Assembly (NCBI GenBank): GCA_965205855.1
Contig: OZ242184.1
Location: 768,001 to 832,000, forward strand
Direction of reading: 5' to 3'
Length of the DNA stretch: 64,000 nucleotides
Origin: Thermodesulfobacteriota bacterium
GTDB lineage: Bacteria > Desulfobacterota_D > UBA1144 > Nemesobacterales > Mycalebacteriaceae
In this document: positions 18,676 through 28,019 of the stretch, piece by piece
Numbering within the stretch: the first letter of the stretch is position 1
Layout: every line of letters begins with the position of its first letter
Notes under the pieces: generated by a model
What the model saw: only the letters and a program-made list of their open reading frames with translations
Told to the model about the DNA's origin: nothing
The model's database searches: none
Made by a program: the position numbers and the translations under genes

Positions 18676-19679
18676 AAGCAAATGATTTGACAATCGCCAT
18701 AGCCGGAGCCACGGGAGCCGTAGGACGGGAAGTTTTGACCATTCTTGAACAGAGGGATTTTCCGGTTGGGGACATCAGGCTTTTTTCGTCTGAAAATTCC
18801 GAGGGAAAAGAGATTGAATTTCGCCATTCCGCTTTTCACGCGCGGACTATTTCTCCCGGATGCTTTTCTGGAGTTGACATCGCAATTTTTTCAATGGGAG
18901 CTGCAAACAGTCTCGCTTACGCCCCGCAAGCGGCAGATGAGGGCGCGGTGGTTGTGGACAACAGTTCCGCATTTAGAATGGATGAGGATGTTCCTTTGGT
19001 TATACCGGAAATTAACGGACACAAATTGGATGAAATTCCGCGCAAACGCATTTTTGCGAACCCGAATTGCACAACAGCCATTGCCGCAATGGCGCTCAAA
19101 CCCATTCACGACATGGCAACGGTTAAAAACGTAATAGCAACCAGTTTTCAGTCTGTTTCAGGAGCGGGATACGGGGGAATTCAGGAATTGGAAAACCAGA
19201 TGCGCAAGTGGCCTGCAAAGGTAGGATCCAAGGTTTTCCCCGCACAGATAGCACTTAACATCATACCTAAAATTGATATTTTTCTTGACAATCAATACAC
19301 AAAAGAGGAAATGAAAATCCACAATGAGACCCGGAAAATCTTTGAATCCGACATCAAAATCAGCATGACTGCCGTAAGGGTTCCCGTTATGAGAGCGCAT
19401 TGCATCTCGTTGAATGTGGAAACGCAATTGCCGATTTCCCCGGATGAGATAAAAAGAGCGATTGACAACTTTCCCGGAGTTCAAGTTGCCGAAGACCTTT
19501 CATACCCGATGCCGATTAACTGTTCGGGCGGGGATGACTGCTTTGTCGGGAGGATAAGGCGCGATATAATCGGTGAGAATCGTGTCTCTCTGTGGGTTGT
19601 CGGCGACCAATTGAGAAAAGGCGCGGCTCTGAACTCCGTCCAAATAACCGAGCAGATAGCAGGTCGCCATGGCTCCTGA
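18672..19679 (+). CDS. asd: Aspartate-semialdehyde dehydrogenase
   Basis: GATGAVG, VDNSSAFRM, ANPNCTT, QSVSGAG, VRVPV..AH, DQLRKGAALN. Confidence 0.97.
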   Translation: MKANDLTIAIAGATGAVGREVLTILEQRDFPVGDIRLFSSENSEGKEIEFRHSAFHARTISPGCFSGVDIAIFSMGAANSLAYAPQAADEGAVVVDNSSAFRMDEDVPLVIPEINGHKLDEIPRKRIFANPNCTTAIAAMALKPIHDMATVKNVIATSFQSVSGAGYGGIQELENQMRKWPAKVGSKVFPAQIALNIIPKIDIFLDNQYTKEEMKIHNETRKIFESDIKISMTAVRVPVMRAHCISLNVETQLPISPDEIKRAIDNFPGVQVAEDLSYPMPINCSGGDDCFVGRIRRDIIGENRVSLWVVGDQLRKGAALNSVQITEQIAGRHGS

Positions 19680-20235
19680 TTTTTTCTTTTTAATTAAGAG
19701 CAGAATTGCCTCCCTGTTTGCTTCCGAATCGATTGCGAAAATTTCCCCGAAATTGCGCGCAAGTCTGGAGGCAAAGACCGAAGGCGGGAAAGTCCTGTAT
19801 TGCCTGAAGGCGGAGAAGGTTTTTCACAAGCGCGTTTCCTCCTTTATGGGAGAAACCTTCTTCAGAACAGTTGCGGCTGTTACGGACAGCAAGCTGCTTG
19901 TGCTTAAAGAATCCTCCGAATATCATGAGATTGTATCTTTTCCCCTCAAAAATATTTCAAACCACAGCATTCAGTCTGACGGCGGAAAACCGTCTTTATT
20001 TGTAAACTTGAACGACGGTTCCGAAACTCACCTTGTTTTTTCATCAAATGATCCGGAAATAGATGCGTTTATCCGTTGTCTCAGCACGGCAGACCCGGCC
20101 GTGTCGGTGGAATTATCCGGCAAAGCATCATTTTGCGGACAATGCGGCAGAAGGTCTCAACCGGAAAACAAATTCTGTGTCGGCTGCGGCACGCCTCTTG
20201 ATTTTAAGTTGCCGGAAACTACAATGGTTGGATAA
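19669..20235 (+). CDS. Hypothetical protein: putative bacterial PH-like domain plus C-terminal zinc ribbon
   Basis: VAAVTDSKLLVL strand pattern resembling bPH domains; FCGQCG...KFCVGCG. Confidence 0.65.
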   Translation: MAPDFFFLIKSRIASLFASESIAKISPKLRASLEAKTEGGKVLYCLKAEKVFHKRVSSFMGETFFRTVAAVTDSKLLVLKESSEYHEIVSFPLKNISNHSIQSDGGKPSLFVNLNDGSETHLVFSSNDPEIDAFIRCLSTADPAVSVELSGKASFCGQCGRRSQPENKFCVGCGTPLDFKLPETTMVG

Positions 20236-20258
20236 GCGTTTTTACGGAGATTACATCT

Positions 20259-21146
20259 ATGCTTCATGGTTCACTCGTAGCTCTCATAACACCTTTCAAA
20301 AAAGATTTTTCCGTGGATGAATTGGCTCTTGAAAAACTTATTGAGTTTCACATCAAAAGCGGTACCAACGCGATTGTTTCTTGCGGGACGACCGGAGAAT
20401 CCGCTACCCTTTTGCATGACGAGCACAAAAAGGTTATGGAATTGACCGTAAAACTGTGCGCGGGTAGATTGCCCGTGGTTGCCGGGACCGGTTCCAACAG
20501 TACGGAGGAGGCTGTTGATCTCACCCGTTTTGCGGAAAAAGCCGGAGCGGTTTCAGCCCTTGTGGTAGTTCCGTATTACAACAAACCGTCGCAGCGGGGT
20601 TTGTTAGAGCATTTCGGAAAGGTCGCTTCAAGCGTTGGCATTCCCATCATTCTTTACAATGTTCCGGGACGGTCGGCGACAAATTTGCTTCCTGAAACCG
20701 TTGCCCGGCTTCAGGAAAAATATAAAAATATCAAGGGAATCAAAGAGGCGTCTTCCGTGGAACAGGCTTCAAAAGTTATAAGCTTGTGCAAAGGTGACTT
20801 CTCTCTTTTTTCCGGAGATGACTCCGTAAATTTCCCCCTTCTGTGCCTCGGAAGCAAAGGTTCCATTACCGTTACGGCAAACATAGCGCCGAAAGATGTG
20901 GCAAAAATGCATTCCTTTTACGAGAAAGGGGAAATCCGGAAAGCGAGAAAGATTCACTACAAATTGCTACCTCTGAACGAAGCGATGTTTTTTGAATCAA
21001 ATCCCGTTCCGGTGAAAACCGCTCTCTCTTTGATGAAAATGGATTCCGGAATATTTAGACCACCTCTGTGCGCTATGTCTCCGGGCGGCAAGAAGGGGCT
21101 TGTGCGGGTTCTCAAACAATACGGTTTGATTGACAGAGCAAGTTAA
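20259..21146 (+). CDS. dapA: 4-hydroxy-tetrahydrodipicolinate synthase
   Basis: ALITPF, CGTTGES, AGTGSNST, PYYNKPSQ, LYNVPGR, GIKEAS, SGDD, ESNPVPVK. Confidence 0.97.
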   Translation: MLHGSLVALITPFKKDFSVDELALEKLIEFHIKSGTNAIVSCGTTGESATLLHDEHKKVMELTVKLCAGRLPVVAGTGSNSTEEAVDLTRFAEKAGAVSALVVVPYYNKPSQRGLLEHFGKVASSVGIPIILYNVPGRSATNLLPETVARLQEKYKNIKGIKEASSVEQASKVISLCKGDFSLFSGDDSVNFPLLCLGSKGSITVTANIAPKDVAKMHSFYEKGEIRKARKIHYKLLPLNEAMFFESNPVPVKTALSLMKMDSGIFRPPLCAMSPGGKKGLVRVLKQYGLIDRAS

Positions 21147-21744
21147 ATTGCCAATAAGCTCACTGAAGTATGAAACGGAGATTTGGGCGGCGGGGCTTGT
21201 TCCCGCGGGAATAGATGAAGCGGGGAGAGGTCCCATAGCGGGGCCTGTTGTTGCCGCGGCGGCAATTCTGCCCGAGAACTTCAATCTCACCGGAGTTGAT
21301 GATTCAAAGAAAGTTTCACCCGTGAGAAGAGAGAAACTTTTTGAAAGTTTTTCCCGAAACGGAGTTGAATATGCTGTTGGAATGGCGGACGCACGGGAAA
21401 TAGATGAAATCAACATACTGTGTGCGACAATAAAAGCAATGGAACGGGCGGTTGCCGCTTTGCGGACTTCTCCCGGCTTTCTTTTGATAGACGGAAACAA
21501 GGAAACTCATCTTTCCATAAAACAACGCCCCATAATCGGGGGTGACAGTAAATGCATGTCAATCGCGGTCGCATCCATTGTGGCAAAGGTTACCCGTGAC
21601 AGAATGATGAAAGAACTGCACAAAAATTACCCAGCATATAACTTTTCCAAACATAAGGGCTATCCCACTGCGGAGCACAGAAACCTTATTGAGCGATACG
21701 GCCTGTGTCCCGAACATAGAAAAAGCTTCAGACTAACTACATAA
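21130..21744 (+). CDS. rnhB: Ribonuclease HII
   Basis: GIDEAGRGP.AGPVVAAA, DDSKK, LIDGN, ASIVAKVTRD, HKGYPT..H, HRKSF. Confidence 0.96.
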   Translation: MTEQVKLPISSLKYETEIWAAGLVPAGIDEAGRGPIAGPVVAAAAILPENFNLTGVDDSKKVSPVRREKLFESFSRNGVEYAVGMADAREIDEINILCATIKAMERAVAALRTSPGFLLIDGNKETHLSIKQRPIIGGDSKCMSIAVASIVAKVTRDRMMKELHKNYPAYNFSKHKGYPTAEHRNLIERYGLCPEHRKSFRLTT

Positions 21745-21790
21745 CATCTTGAAACCACAACAATTCGTAATATCCTATTACTCGATGAAT

Positions 21791-22150
21791 ATGAGTAACT
21801 TGCAGGATTCAAAAAAACTCGCCGACAAGCTCTATTTCAAAATTGGGGAAGTGAGCGAGTACACGGGACTGAAAAACCATACTATCCGTTACTGGGAAAA
21901 AGAGTTTAAGCAAATCAAACCAATCAGAAGACGCAACCAGCGACTCTATGACAGAGAGACAGTTTATCTGATACTCAGAATCAAGCGAATGCTTTATAAA
22001 GAAAACTACACAATTGCCGGAGCTATCAAAAAACTCAAAGAGGGTTTGCCAGATTCGGACGGAAGAAAAAAGGATACGGAAATTTTTTCAGCGATTTTGG
22101 AAGAATTGAAGGGAATAGCAGACCTTCTGCATGATAATAAACAGTTATAA
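21791..22150 (+). CDS. MerR-family HTH regulator
   Basis: KLYFKIGEVS......H.IRYWEKEF, I..MLY.E.YTIAGA; typical merR-tRNA-Pro-surE neighbourhood; start approximate. Confidence 0.88.
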   Translation: MSNLQDSKKLADKLYFKIGEVSEYTGLKNHTIRYWEKEFKQIKPIRRRNQRLYDRETVYLILRIKRMLYKENYTIAGAIKKLKEGLPDSDGRKKDTEIFSAILEELKGIADLLHDNKQL

Positions 22151-22168
22151 TATCATTCCAAATTAAAT

Positions 22169-22245
22169 CGGGGCGTAGCGCAGCCTGGTAGCGCACCGGT
22201 CTGGGGGACCGGTGGTCATCGGTTCAAATCCGGTCGCCCCGACCA
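22169..22245 (+). tRNA. tRNA-Pro (GGG)
   Basis: CGGGGCGTAGCGCAGCCTGGTAGCGCA-CCGGT CT GGG GG ACCGG-TGGTCATCGGTTCAAATCCGGTCGCCCCGACCA. Confidence 0.97.
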
Positions 22246-22252
22246 CATTACC

Positions 22253-23029
22253 ATGCCGACCAAGACAAGAATACTTGTATCGAATGATGACGGGATAACG
22301 TCTCCCGGAATCATTGCTCTTGAAAAATCTCTTGCGAGTATAGTGAAAGAGGTGATTGTGGTAGCCCCCGACAGAGACCAAAGCGCGGTTAGCCATGCCT
22401 TGAATCTTCACAGACCTCTTCGCGTTGAGAAGGTATTGCACAATAGATACAGCGTTGATGGCACTCCGACAGATTGTATAAACCTCGCCGTAAACGGTTT
22501 AATCAAAGGTAAAAAGCCTGACATGATCCTTTCCGGCATTAACAAAGGGGCTAACCTTGGTGAAGACATAACATATTCCGGTACGGTTAGCGCGGCTATG
22601 GAGGGAACTCTTTTGGGAATCCCCTCCGTTGCCATATCCGTTTTGGGAAGAGATGATTTTATTTTTGGACCTGCGGCGGAATACGCAAAGACAGTGGTGG
22701 TTTTTCTTCTGAAAAACCGCCTTCCAAAAAACACTCTTCTTAATGTAAATGTTCCGAATATGCCGCTTGAAAGAATTAAGGGCGTGAAAATTACAAAACA
22801 GGGCAAGAGGTTCTTTTACAATAACAAGGTAATTAAAAACAAAGATCCAAGAGGCAAAGATTATTACTGGATAGGCGGCGACGAGACCGGTTTCGTTAAG
22901 ACCCCCAATTCTGACATTGCTTCGGTTATGAGAGGGTATATATCCATAACACCCATCAAACTTGATTTTACAGATCATGCATACCTTGAGACTCTGAGTA
23001 AAAAACACATTACAGCTCTGAAAAAATGA
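22253..23029 (+). CDS. surE: 5'/3'-nucleotidase SurE
   Basis: ILVSNDDG, VVAPDRDQSA, DGTPTDC, SGINKGANLG, YSGTVSAAMEG, DPRGK.YYW. Confidence 0.97.
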   Translation: MPTKTRILVSNDDGITSPGIIALEKSLASIVKEVIVVAPDRDQSAVSHALNLHRPLRVEKVLHNRYSVDGTPTDCINLAVNGLIKGKKPDMILSGINKGANLGEDITYSGTVSAAMEGTLLGIPSVAISVLGRDDFIFGPAAEYAKTVVVFLLKNRLPKNTLLNVNVPNMPLERIKGVKITKQGKRFFYNNKVIKNKDPRGKDYYWIGGDETGFVKTPNSDIASVMRGYISITPIKLDFTDHAYLETLSKKHITALKK

Positions 23030-23039
23030 AGTTCAAAAA

Positions 23040-23618
23040 ATGAAGTTCATCAGATATCTTTATAACAGATTTACCGGACTCGCGGACAAGACGTATGCAC
23101 TTTGGGTTCTGGGGGCGACGGCCTTTTTTGAGTCGTTTGTATTTCCCCTTCCGCCAGAAACTCTGCTTATGCCAATGTGTCTGGGTAATCCCGGAAAAGC
23201 GTTCAGATTTGCTCTTATTTGTTCGATATTTTCAGTGCTTGGAGCTTGTGCCGGATTTTTTCTCGGCAAATTTCTCTGGGGATTCATCCATGAATGGTTT
23301 TTCGCGTATGTCTTTAGTGAAGTAAATTTCAATGCGGTCGGCGGGCAGTTTAACAAAAACACTTTTACGGCAATTTTGGTGTCTGCCTTTACTCCGATTC
23401 CTTTTAAGGTTTTTACGGTTGCGGCCGGTGTATTCAATGTGAGCTTCGCCGCTCTTGTCGCTGGCTCCGCCATTGGCAGAGGCATAAGGTTCTTTCTTCT
23501 GGCGGGGCTTTTATGGAAGTTCGGGAAAACAGTCAAGCCTTTTATTGACAGGCATTTGAATACTTTGACTGTTGTTACCACGGTTCTTGTGGTGGCTGTT
23601 GTCATGTTTTTGAAATAG
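23040..23618 (+). CDS. YqaA/DedA (VTT domain) membrane protein
   Basis: F.ES.VFPLPPE.LL.PM, FTPIPFKVFTVAAG, GRGIRFFL. Confidence 0.88.
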   Translation: MKFIRYLYNRFTGLADKTYALWVLGATAFFESFVFPLPPETLLMPMCLGNPGKAFRFALICSIFSVLGACAGFFLGKFLWGFIHEWFFAYVFSEVNFNAVGGQFNKNTFTAILVSAFTPIPFKVFTVAAGVFNVSFAALVAGSAIGRGIRFFLLAGLLWKFGKTVKPFIDRHLNTLTVVTTVLVVAVVMFLK

Positions 23619-23717
23619 AACCACAATGACTCCCTCACTTTTCTGTTATTCTTTTCTTTGAGAGAAGAAGGACATGGTTTCAACAAGAAACGCAAAAAAC
23701 GCATTTAATCATTACAT

Positions 23718-24569
23718 TTGGGTTGTGTCATATTGAAAACGTTACGGAAAAACAAAGAGAGCAGAAACCTGTCGAAAAGAAAGCATCTGACCGTATCTCT
23801 CGTTATTGCGTTGCTTCTTCATTTTTTCCTGGTTTTGTTCGTGGGTCTCAGGGAGTACTTCTTTGCGTATCCGGTTGCTGATATTGAAAAAGAGCAGTTT
23901 TTTGAGATTACGGAGCTAGTAGTACCGGAAGAAGAATCCACCGACACTGCGGTAGAAAACCCGAAGAAACTTTCGGACAGGTCTTACAATTCACGAAAAA
24001 ACAAAACAAAATTCGGCATTTCCGGTTCTCGTGCCTTCTCATTCCCTCCCGATTCTCCGGAAGTCAACAATGAGAGTGACGGTAAGGACAAAAGTGAGCT
24101 TTCGGTTAACGGCAATTTCGTCAAACGGTTAATTGAAGGAACGGACAAGTCTTATTTGAAACAGATTCCTTCCGAGTCCAGCGAGCAGATTGGAAACAAC
24201 GGCGAGTACGAAGGAGAGGACAACGAAACAGATGTCAGTTTGGAAAAATTCAGACAGTATTCCTACTGGATTAAAGCAAAGAAAAAGATAGGGAACGCAT
24301 GGAGTCCTCATAGTGGAAGACTTTCTTCTCAAAGAAACACCGATATTAAGGCAAGTATCCATATAGTGATAGCGAAAAACGGAAATCTTGAACTGGCAAG
24401 AGTTGTTCATTCTTCGGGACTTCCCGAATTTGACAGAGAAGCAATTAGGGCGATAAGAGTCGCCGCACCTTACAATTCTTTCCCGGAGAGTTGGAGAGAA
24501 GAACGAGTGAGCGCCATGATACGTTTTGTTATGTTGGGCGGTTTAAGTTGGGAAAAAATCTTCATGTGA
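23718..24569 (+). CDS. TonB/TolA-family energy transducer
   Basis: N-terminal TM with SxxxALLLH motif, low-complexity linker, C-terminal I...G.L....V..SSG...FD..AIRAI..AAPY..FP; start uncertain. Confidence 0.8.
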   Translation: MGCVILKTLRKNKESRNLSKRKHLTVSLVIALLLHFFLVLFVGLREYFFAYPVADIEKEQFFEITELVVPEEESTDTAVENPKKLSDRSYNSRKNKTKFGISGSRAFSFPPDSPEVNNESDGKDKSELSVNGNFVKRLIEGTDKSYLKQIPSESSEQIGNNGEYEGEDNETDVSLEKFRQYSYWIKAKKKIGNAWSPHSGRLSSQRNTDIKASIHIVIAKNGNLELARVVHSSGLPEFDREAIRAIRVAAPYNSFPESWREERVSAMIRFVMLGGLSWEKIFM

Positions 24570-25602
24570 TAAGCACACTGGCGCCGTTTTTCTTTTTCTT
24601 TTCAACTTTTCCGATAATACGCGCGTCTTTGCAACCCACTTCGTCCAGTTTGCTCACTATTGCGCTTGAGTCTGAGGGGTCAACGATAAGCGTCATTCCA
24701 ATCCCACAGTTAAAAGTTCCATACATATCGGAGTCATCTAAATTCGCGGAGTCTTGAATTAACTTGAATATTGACGGAATTTTCCAACAAGATTTTTCAA
24801 GAACCGCCGAGTAAGAGTCCGGTAACGAGCGAGGTATATTTTCAAGCAATCCACCGCCTGTTATGTGGGCGATTGAATTAATGTCAAAACTTTCCGACAG
24901 TGCTTTGATGGGACGCGAGTAGATTGTTGTTGGTTCAAGAAGCTCATCAACAAGTGCACGCGAAAGTCCCTCAGGTGTGGAATTCAAGGGAATTTCCCGA
25001 TTTTCAAGAAGGGACTTTCTTACAAGAGAATAACCGTTGGAATGTATTCCACTTGACGGAAGAGAAATTATCTCATTGCCGGAGCTGACTCTCTCTCCGC
25101 TTATATATTTGTTTCTGTGGACAATCCCGACTGCAAATCCAGCAAGGTCAAATTCTTCATTTTTATAGAAACCGGGCATTTCTGCGGTTTCTCCGCCCAG
25201 AAGTGCGCAACCCGCTTCGGCGCATCCACTTGCTATTCCCCGGACGACTTCAGCCATTTTCTCTGCATCCAGTCGCGAGGCGGCGATGTAGTCCAGAAAA
25301 AAAAGAGGCATCGCTCCGCAAGTGATGATGTCATTAACGCACATTGCCACGAGATCAATCCCTATTGTATTAAACCTGCCAGAAGCAAATGCTATTTTCA
25401 GTTTTGTCCCGACGCCATCGGTCGTTCCGACAATATACGAGTCAGTGTCGGGAAGCATATACGCTCCCGCAAAACCGCCGTATGATTCCAAAACACTTTT
25501 GCCGTGAGTGGCTTGAACAAAAGGCTTTATGAGGCTGACAAATCTGCTCCCTTCTTTTGTGCTTACGCCCGAACCAGAATATGTTAGTTTCTTTTTAGCC
25601 AC
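24562..25602 (-). CDS. purM: Phosphoribosylformylglycinamidine cyclo-ligase (AIR synthetase)
   Basis: TDGVGTK, DLVAMCVND, GGETAEMPG, SSGIHSNGYSL, AHITGGG, TFNCGIG. Confidence 0.97.
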   Translation of the reverse strand: MAKKKLTYSGSGVSTKEGSRFVSLIKPFVQATHGKSVLESYGGFAGAYMLPDTDSYIVGTTDGVGTKLKIAFASGRFNTIGIDLVAMCVNDIITCGAMPLFFLDYIAASRLDAEKMAEVVRGIASGCAEAGCALLGGETAEMPGFYKNEEFDLAGFAVGIVHRNKYISGERVSSGNEIISLPSSGIHSNGYSLVRKSLLENREIPLNSTPEGLSRALVDELLEPTTIYSRPIKALSESFDINSIAHITGGGLLENIPRSLPDSYSAVLEKSCWKIPSIFKLIQDSANLDDSDMYGTFNCGIGMTLIVDPSDSSAIVSKLDEVGCKDARIIGKVEKKKKNGASVLIT

Positions 25603-25614
25603 AAAAGACCGCCG

Positions 25615-25755
25615 TTACCACGGTAGTTTATTCATAAGGGGAGCAATTACGGGACCAAAAAAGGCAACTGTCACGATTAGTATTATAAAGCCCGTGATAA
25701 GAAGAACAATCTTTGCGACGAGAAGTTTTGTCAGAGTATCAAGAAATCTGTCCAT
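25615..25755 (-). CDS. 46-aa single-TM microprotein at the end of the act operon
   Basis: MDRFLDTLTKLLVAKIVLLITGFIILIVTVAFFGPVIAPLMNKLPW*; GGAGGT SD 9 nt upstream; starts 3 nt after the actF stop and fills the gap to purM. Confidence 0.7.
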   Translation of the reverse strand: MDRFLDTLTKLLVAKIVLLITGFIILIVTVAFFGPVIAPLMNKLPW

Positions 25756-25758
25756 GCT

Positions 25759-26955
25759 TCAGTGACCTCCGTGATGTGAATTCGGACCGTCAAAAAATGG
25801 GTCTCCAAAAGGTATTGCCGGGAATTTGTTTAGAAAAAACAGAACCGTACATAAAAATGCCCCGGCAAATCCAAGCGTTATCAGAATCTCATGCGGTGAA
25901 ATTTCCAATGAAGAAAAGAGTGACGGAGTAACAAACAGGAATTTATCCATCCACAAGCCGCAGAGAAATACCACCGATATGAACACCGCAATGGGTGTTA
26001 CAATTTTATGTGTCCTTGGCATAAATGAGACGAAAGGAAAGATAAAACAGCACGTAAAAACCGCCCATGCAAATGTTCTGAAAGGCTCTTCCGATATCCT
26101 TTTAATAACAAAAGCGGTTTCTTCCGGCATATTTGCATACCATATCGGCAGAAGTTGAGAGAACATCAGATAAGCCCACAAAAGAGCAAACCCATTGAGC
26201 ATTTTTCCAATGTCCCAGTAGTGATAGTCGCTAAGGTAGTCTTTCAGGTTCAGATAACGGGAAAGGCCGGTTGAGACTATCAGGGTCATGGCCACTGCCG
26301 ATATAAGACCGCCCATGAAGTAATAAGGTCCAAGTAATGTACTGAACCAGTGAGGGTCGAGAGACATCATAAAGTCCCACGCGAAAAGGCTGAAAACCAC
26401 CGAATAGGTTGCCACAATAAAAGTGGCGAGTCTTTTAATATCAGAGAAAGCCGGCGCCGCCTCGGGTTTTATGTCCATAAGCAGGGACCCCCGGACATAT
26501 CTGTATGTCAGAAACAGAAGAACTGCGAATCCCAGAAAATTTCTTAGAAAAACAAACGGCATACTGAGCCAAACATCTTTTGGGGGATGGTAGTGATGAG
26601 TGGAGTAAGGAAGAATTTTGTCAGCGCCAATGAATATTAAAAGCAGAAGTAGGATTGAGACGGGCAAAAAAGAAGCGAAAGACTCGCTGATTCTGAGAAA
26701 AGACCTGCCCCATCTGGCATTTGTAATCCTTAGTACACATGAAAATATCACCCCTCCCTGAGCAACTGCAGTCCAGAAAAGAAAGTTAATCAAAAGCACT
26801 CGCCAAGCGCCGTCCGCACGTTCCGGGGAGGCAATGGCAATAATAAAAGCAAGAGTGCCAACCGTGGCAATACTCGCCAGGAAAAGCAAAATCCATTTTG
26901 GAATCTTTCCGGTTTTGCCGAGCACCGTTTCACGGGTTATGTCAATTTTGATCAT
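25759..26955 (-). CDS. actF: Alternative complex III subunit ActF
   Basis: About 10 TM helices; DFMMSLDPHWFST, D.GK, WAYL.FSQ.L.IWYAN.PEET. Confidence 0.92.
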   Translation of the reverse strand: MIKIDITRETVLGKTGKIPKWILLFLASIATVGTLAFIIAIASPERADGAWRVLLINFLFWTAVAQGGVIFSCVLRITNARWGRSFLRISESFASFLPVSILLLLLIFIGADKILPYSTHHYHPPKDVWLSMPFVFLRNFLGFAVLLFLTYRYVRGSLLMDIKPEAAPAFSDIKRLATFIVATYSVVFSLFAWDFMMSLDPHWFSTLLGPYYFMGGLISAVAMTLIVSTGLSRYLNLKDYLSDYHYWDIGKMLNGFALLWAYLMFSQLLPIWYANMPEETAFVIKRISEEPFRTFAWAVFTCCFIFPFVSFMPRTHKIVTPIAVFISVVFLCGLWMDKFLFVTPSLFSSLEISPHEILITLGFAGAFLCTVLFFLNKFPAIPFGDPFFDGPNSHHGGH

Positions 26956-27505
26956 CTTTTGTTTCCTGTGCGTCTTTTTTTACCACGGCGACTTTTTTCT
27001 GTAAATCTCTCATATAGTTGACAATATGCCATGCGTCATTGAGAGAAGGCATATTTTCCGCATATGCGGGCATCATAACTTTTCCTCCGTACATTATATA
27101 GGCGTAGATATATCCGTCAGTTCTTGCCGTTGCCGCTGCGGAAGTAAGGTTCACCGGATAAAACCCGTGCCCTTTTGTAATAATAAGACCGTCTCCAAGC
27201 CCTTTCTTACCATGGCATGAGACACAGTTGTAAGAAAAAAGCTCCTTCCCTCTCTCAATTGATTCGGAAGTCGGTTCAATCGGCGATTTCTCCATTGCCT
27301 CAACCTCTTCTCTGGGCAATATGAGTTCGGAGTTTCTGCTCAAAGATTTTTGAGGGTAAAGCACCGGTTCTTCATAGGGGTCGAAAGATGGTTGCACCCA
27401 CATGTCAAAAGACCACGGAAAGGACAAGGCATCTTTTGCAACAGCCAGAGTCCCAAGGAAAACTAGTGTGGCAAATATAAATTTTAATGTTTTATGCGGA
27501 GTCAA
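26942..27505 (-). CDS. actE: Alternative complex III monoheme cytochrome c ActE
   Basis: DM..QP, RG..LF...CVSCHG..G.GDG, DGYIY, MPAY, W.IV.Y.R.LQ; operon position. Confidence 0.88.
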   Translation of the reverse strand: MTPHKTLKFIFATLVFLGTLAVAKDALSFPWSFDMWVQPSFDPYEEPVLYPQKSLSRNSELILPREEVEAMEKSPIEPTSESIERGKELFSYNCVSCHGKKGLGDGLIITKGHGFYPVNLTSAAATARTDGYIYAYIMYGGKVMMPAYAENMPSLNDAWHIVNYMRDLQKKVAVVKKDAQETKDDQN

Positions 27506-28019
27506 ACTTTACCTCTTCGGCTCCGCCTGAAAGCATAATGTCCCGCACAGTCTCGCCCTTTTTATCATCAGAACAAACAACCATCAGTCCAAATTTGTCA
27601 TCAGACAGCCTTGGGTCATACATGGTTACCGGGGATCTTTTGCGTAAAAGAGAGTTGACAAGCAATCCCATAAGCGTGGAGAGGGCTCCAATGAGTATGG
27701 TAAGCTCAAATATAATAATCGTGAAAGGCATTATGGATACGACAGGCTTGGCACTTACCTGTATGGGCCAGTCGCTTGCCGTAAAGACCGTGAGAGCCAC
27801 GCCTGAAGCGCCTCCGAGCAAAGCACCACAAAGGGTGAAAAACCTTACCGGGCTTTCCGGTTCTCCTATTATCTCCTCTATTTCATGGCTGGGAACGGGG
27901 GAAAACACTCTTATGTTGGCAAACCCTTCGCTTTTCAGAGCCTTCAGGGAATCAATAAGAGTGTCAATATGACTGTAGATTCCAAGCACGCCGTCTTTCG
28001 AAGATTTTCTACTTGTCAT
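27492..28019 (-). CDS. actD: Alternative complex III subunit ActD (DUF3341)
   Basis: FSPVPSHEI, two TM helices, DWPI.V..KP, FELTIL, DPR.S.DKF. Confidence 0.9.
   Translation of the reverse strand: MTSRKSSKDGVLGIYSHIDTLIDSLKALKSEGFANIRVFSPVPSHEIEEIIGEPESPVRFFTLCGALLGGASGVALTVFTASDWPIQVSAKPVVSIMPFTIIIFELTILIGALSTLMGLLVNSLLRKRSPVTMYDPRLSDDKFGLMVVCSDDKKGETVRDIMLSGGAEEVKFDSA

Noticed and set aside
23060-23704. 214-aa minus-strand ORF
   Set aside because: Antisense shadow of the YqaA/DedA gene.
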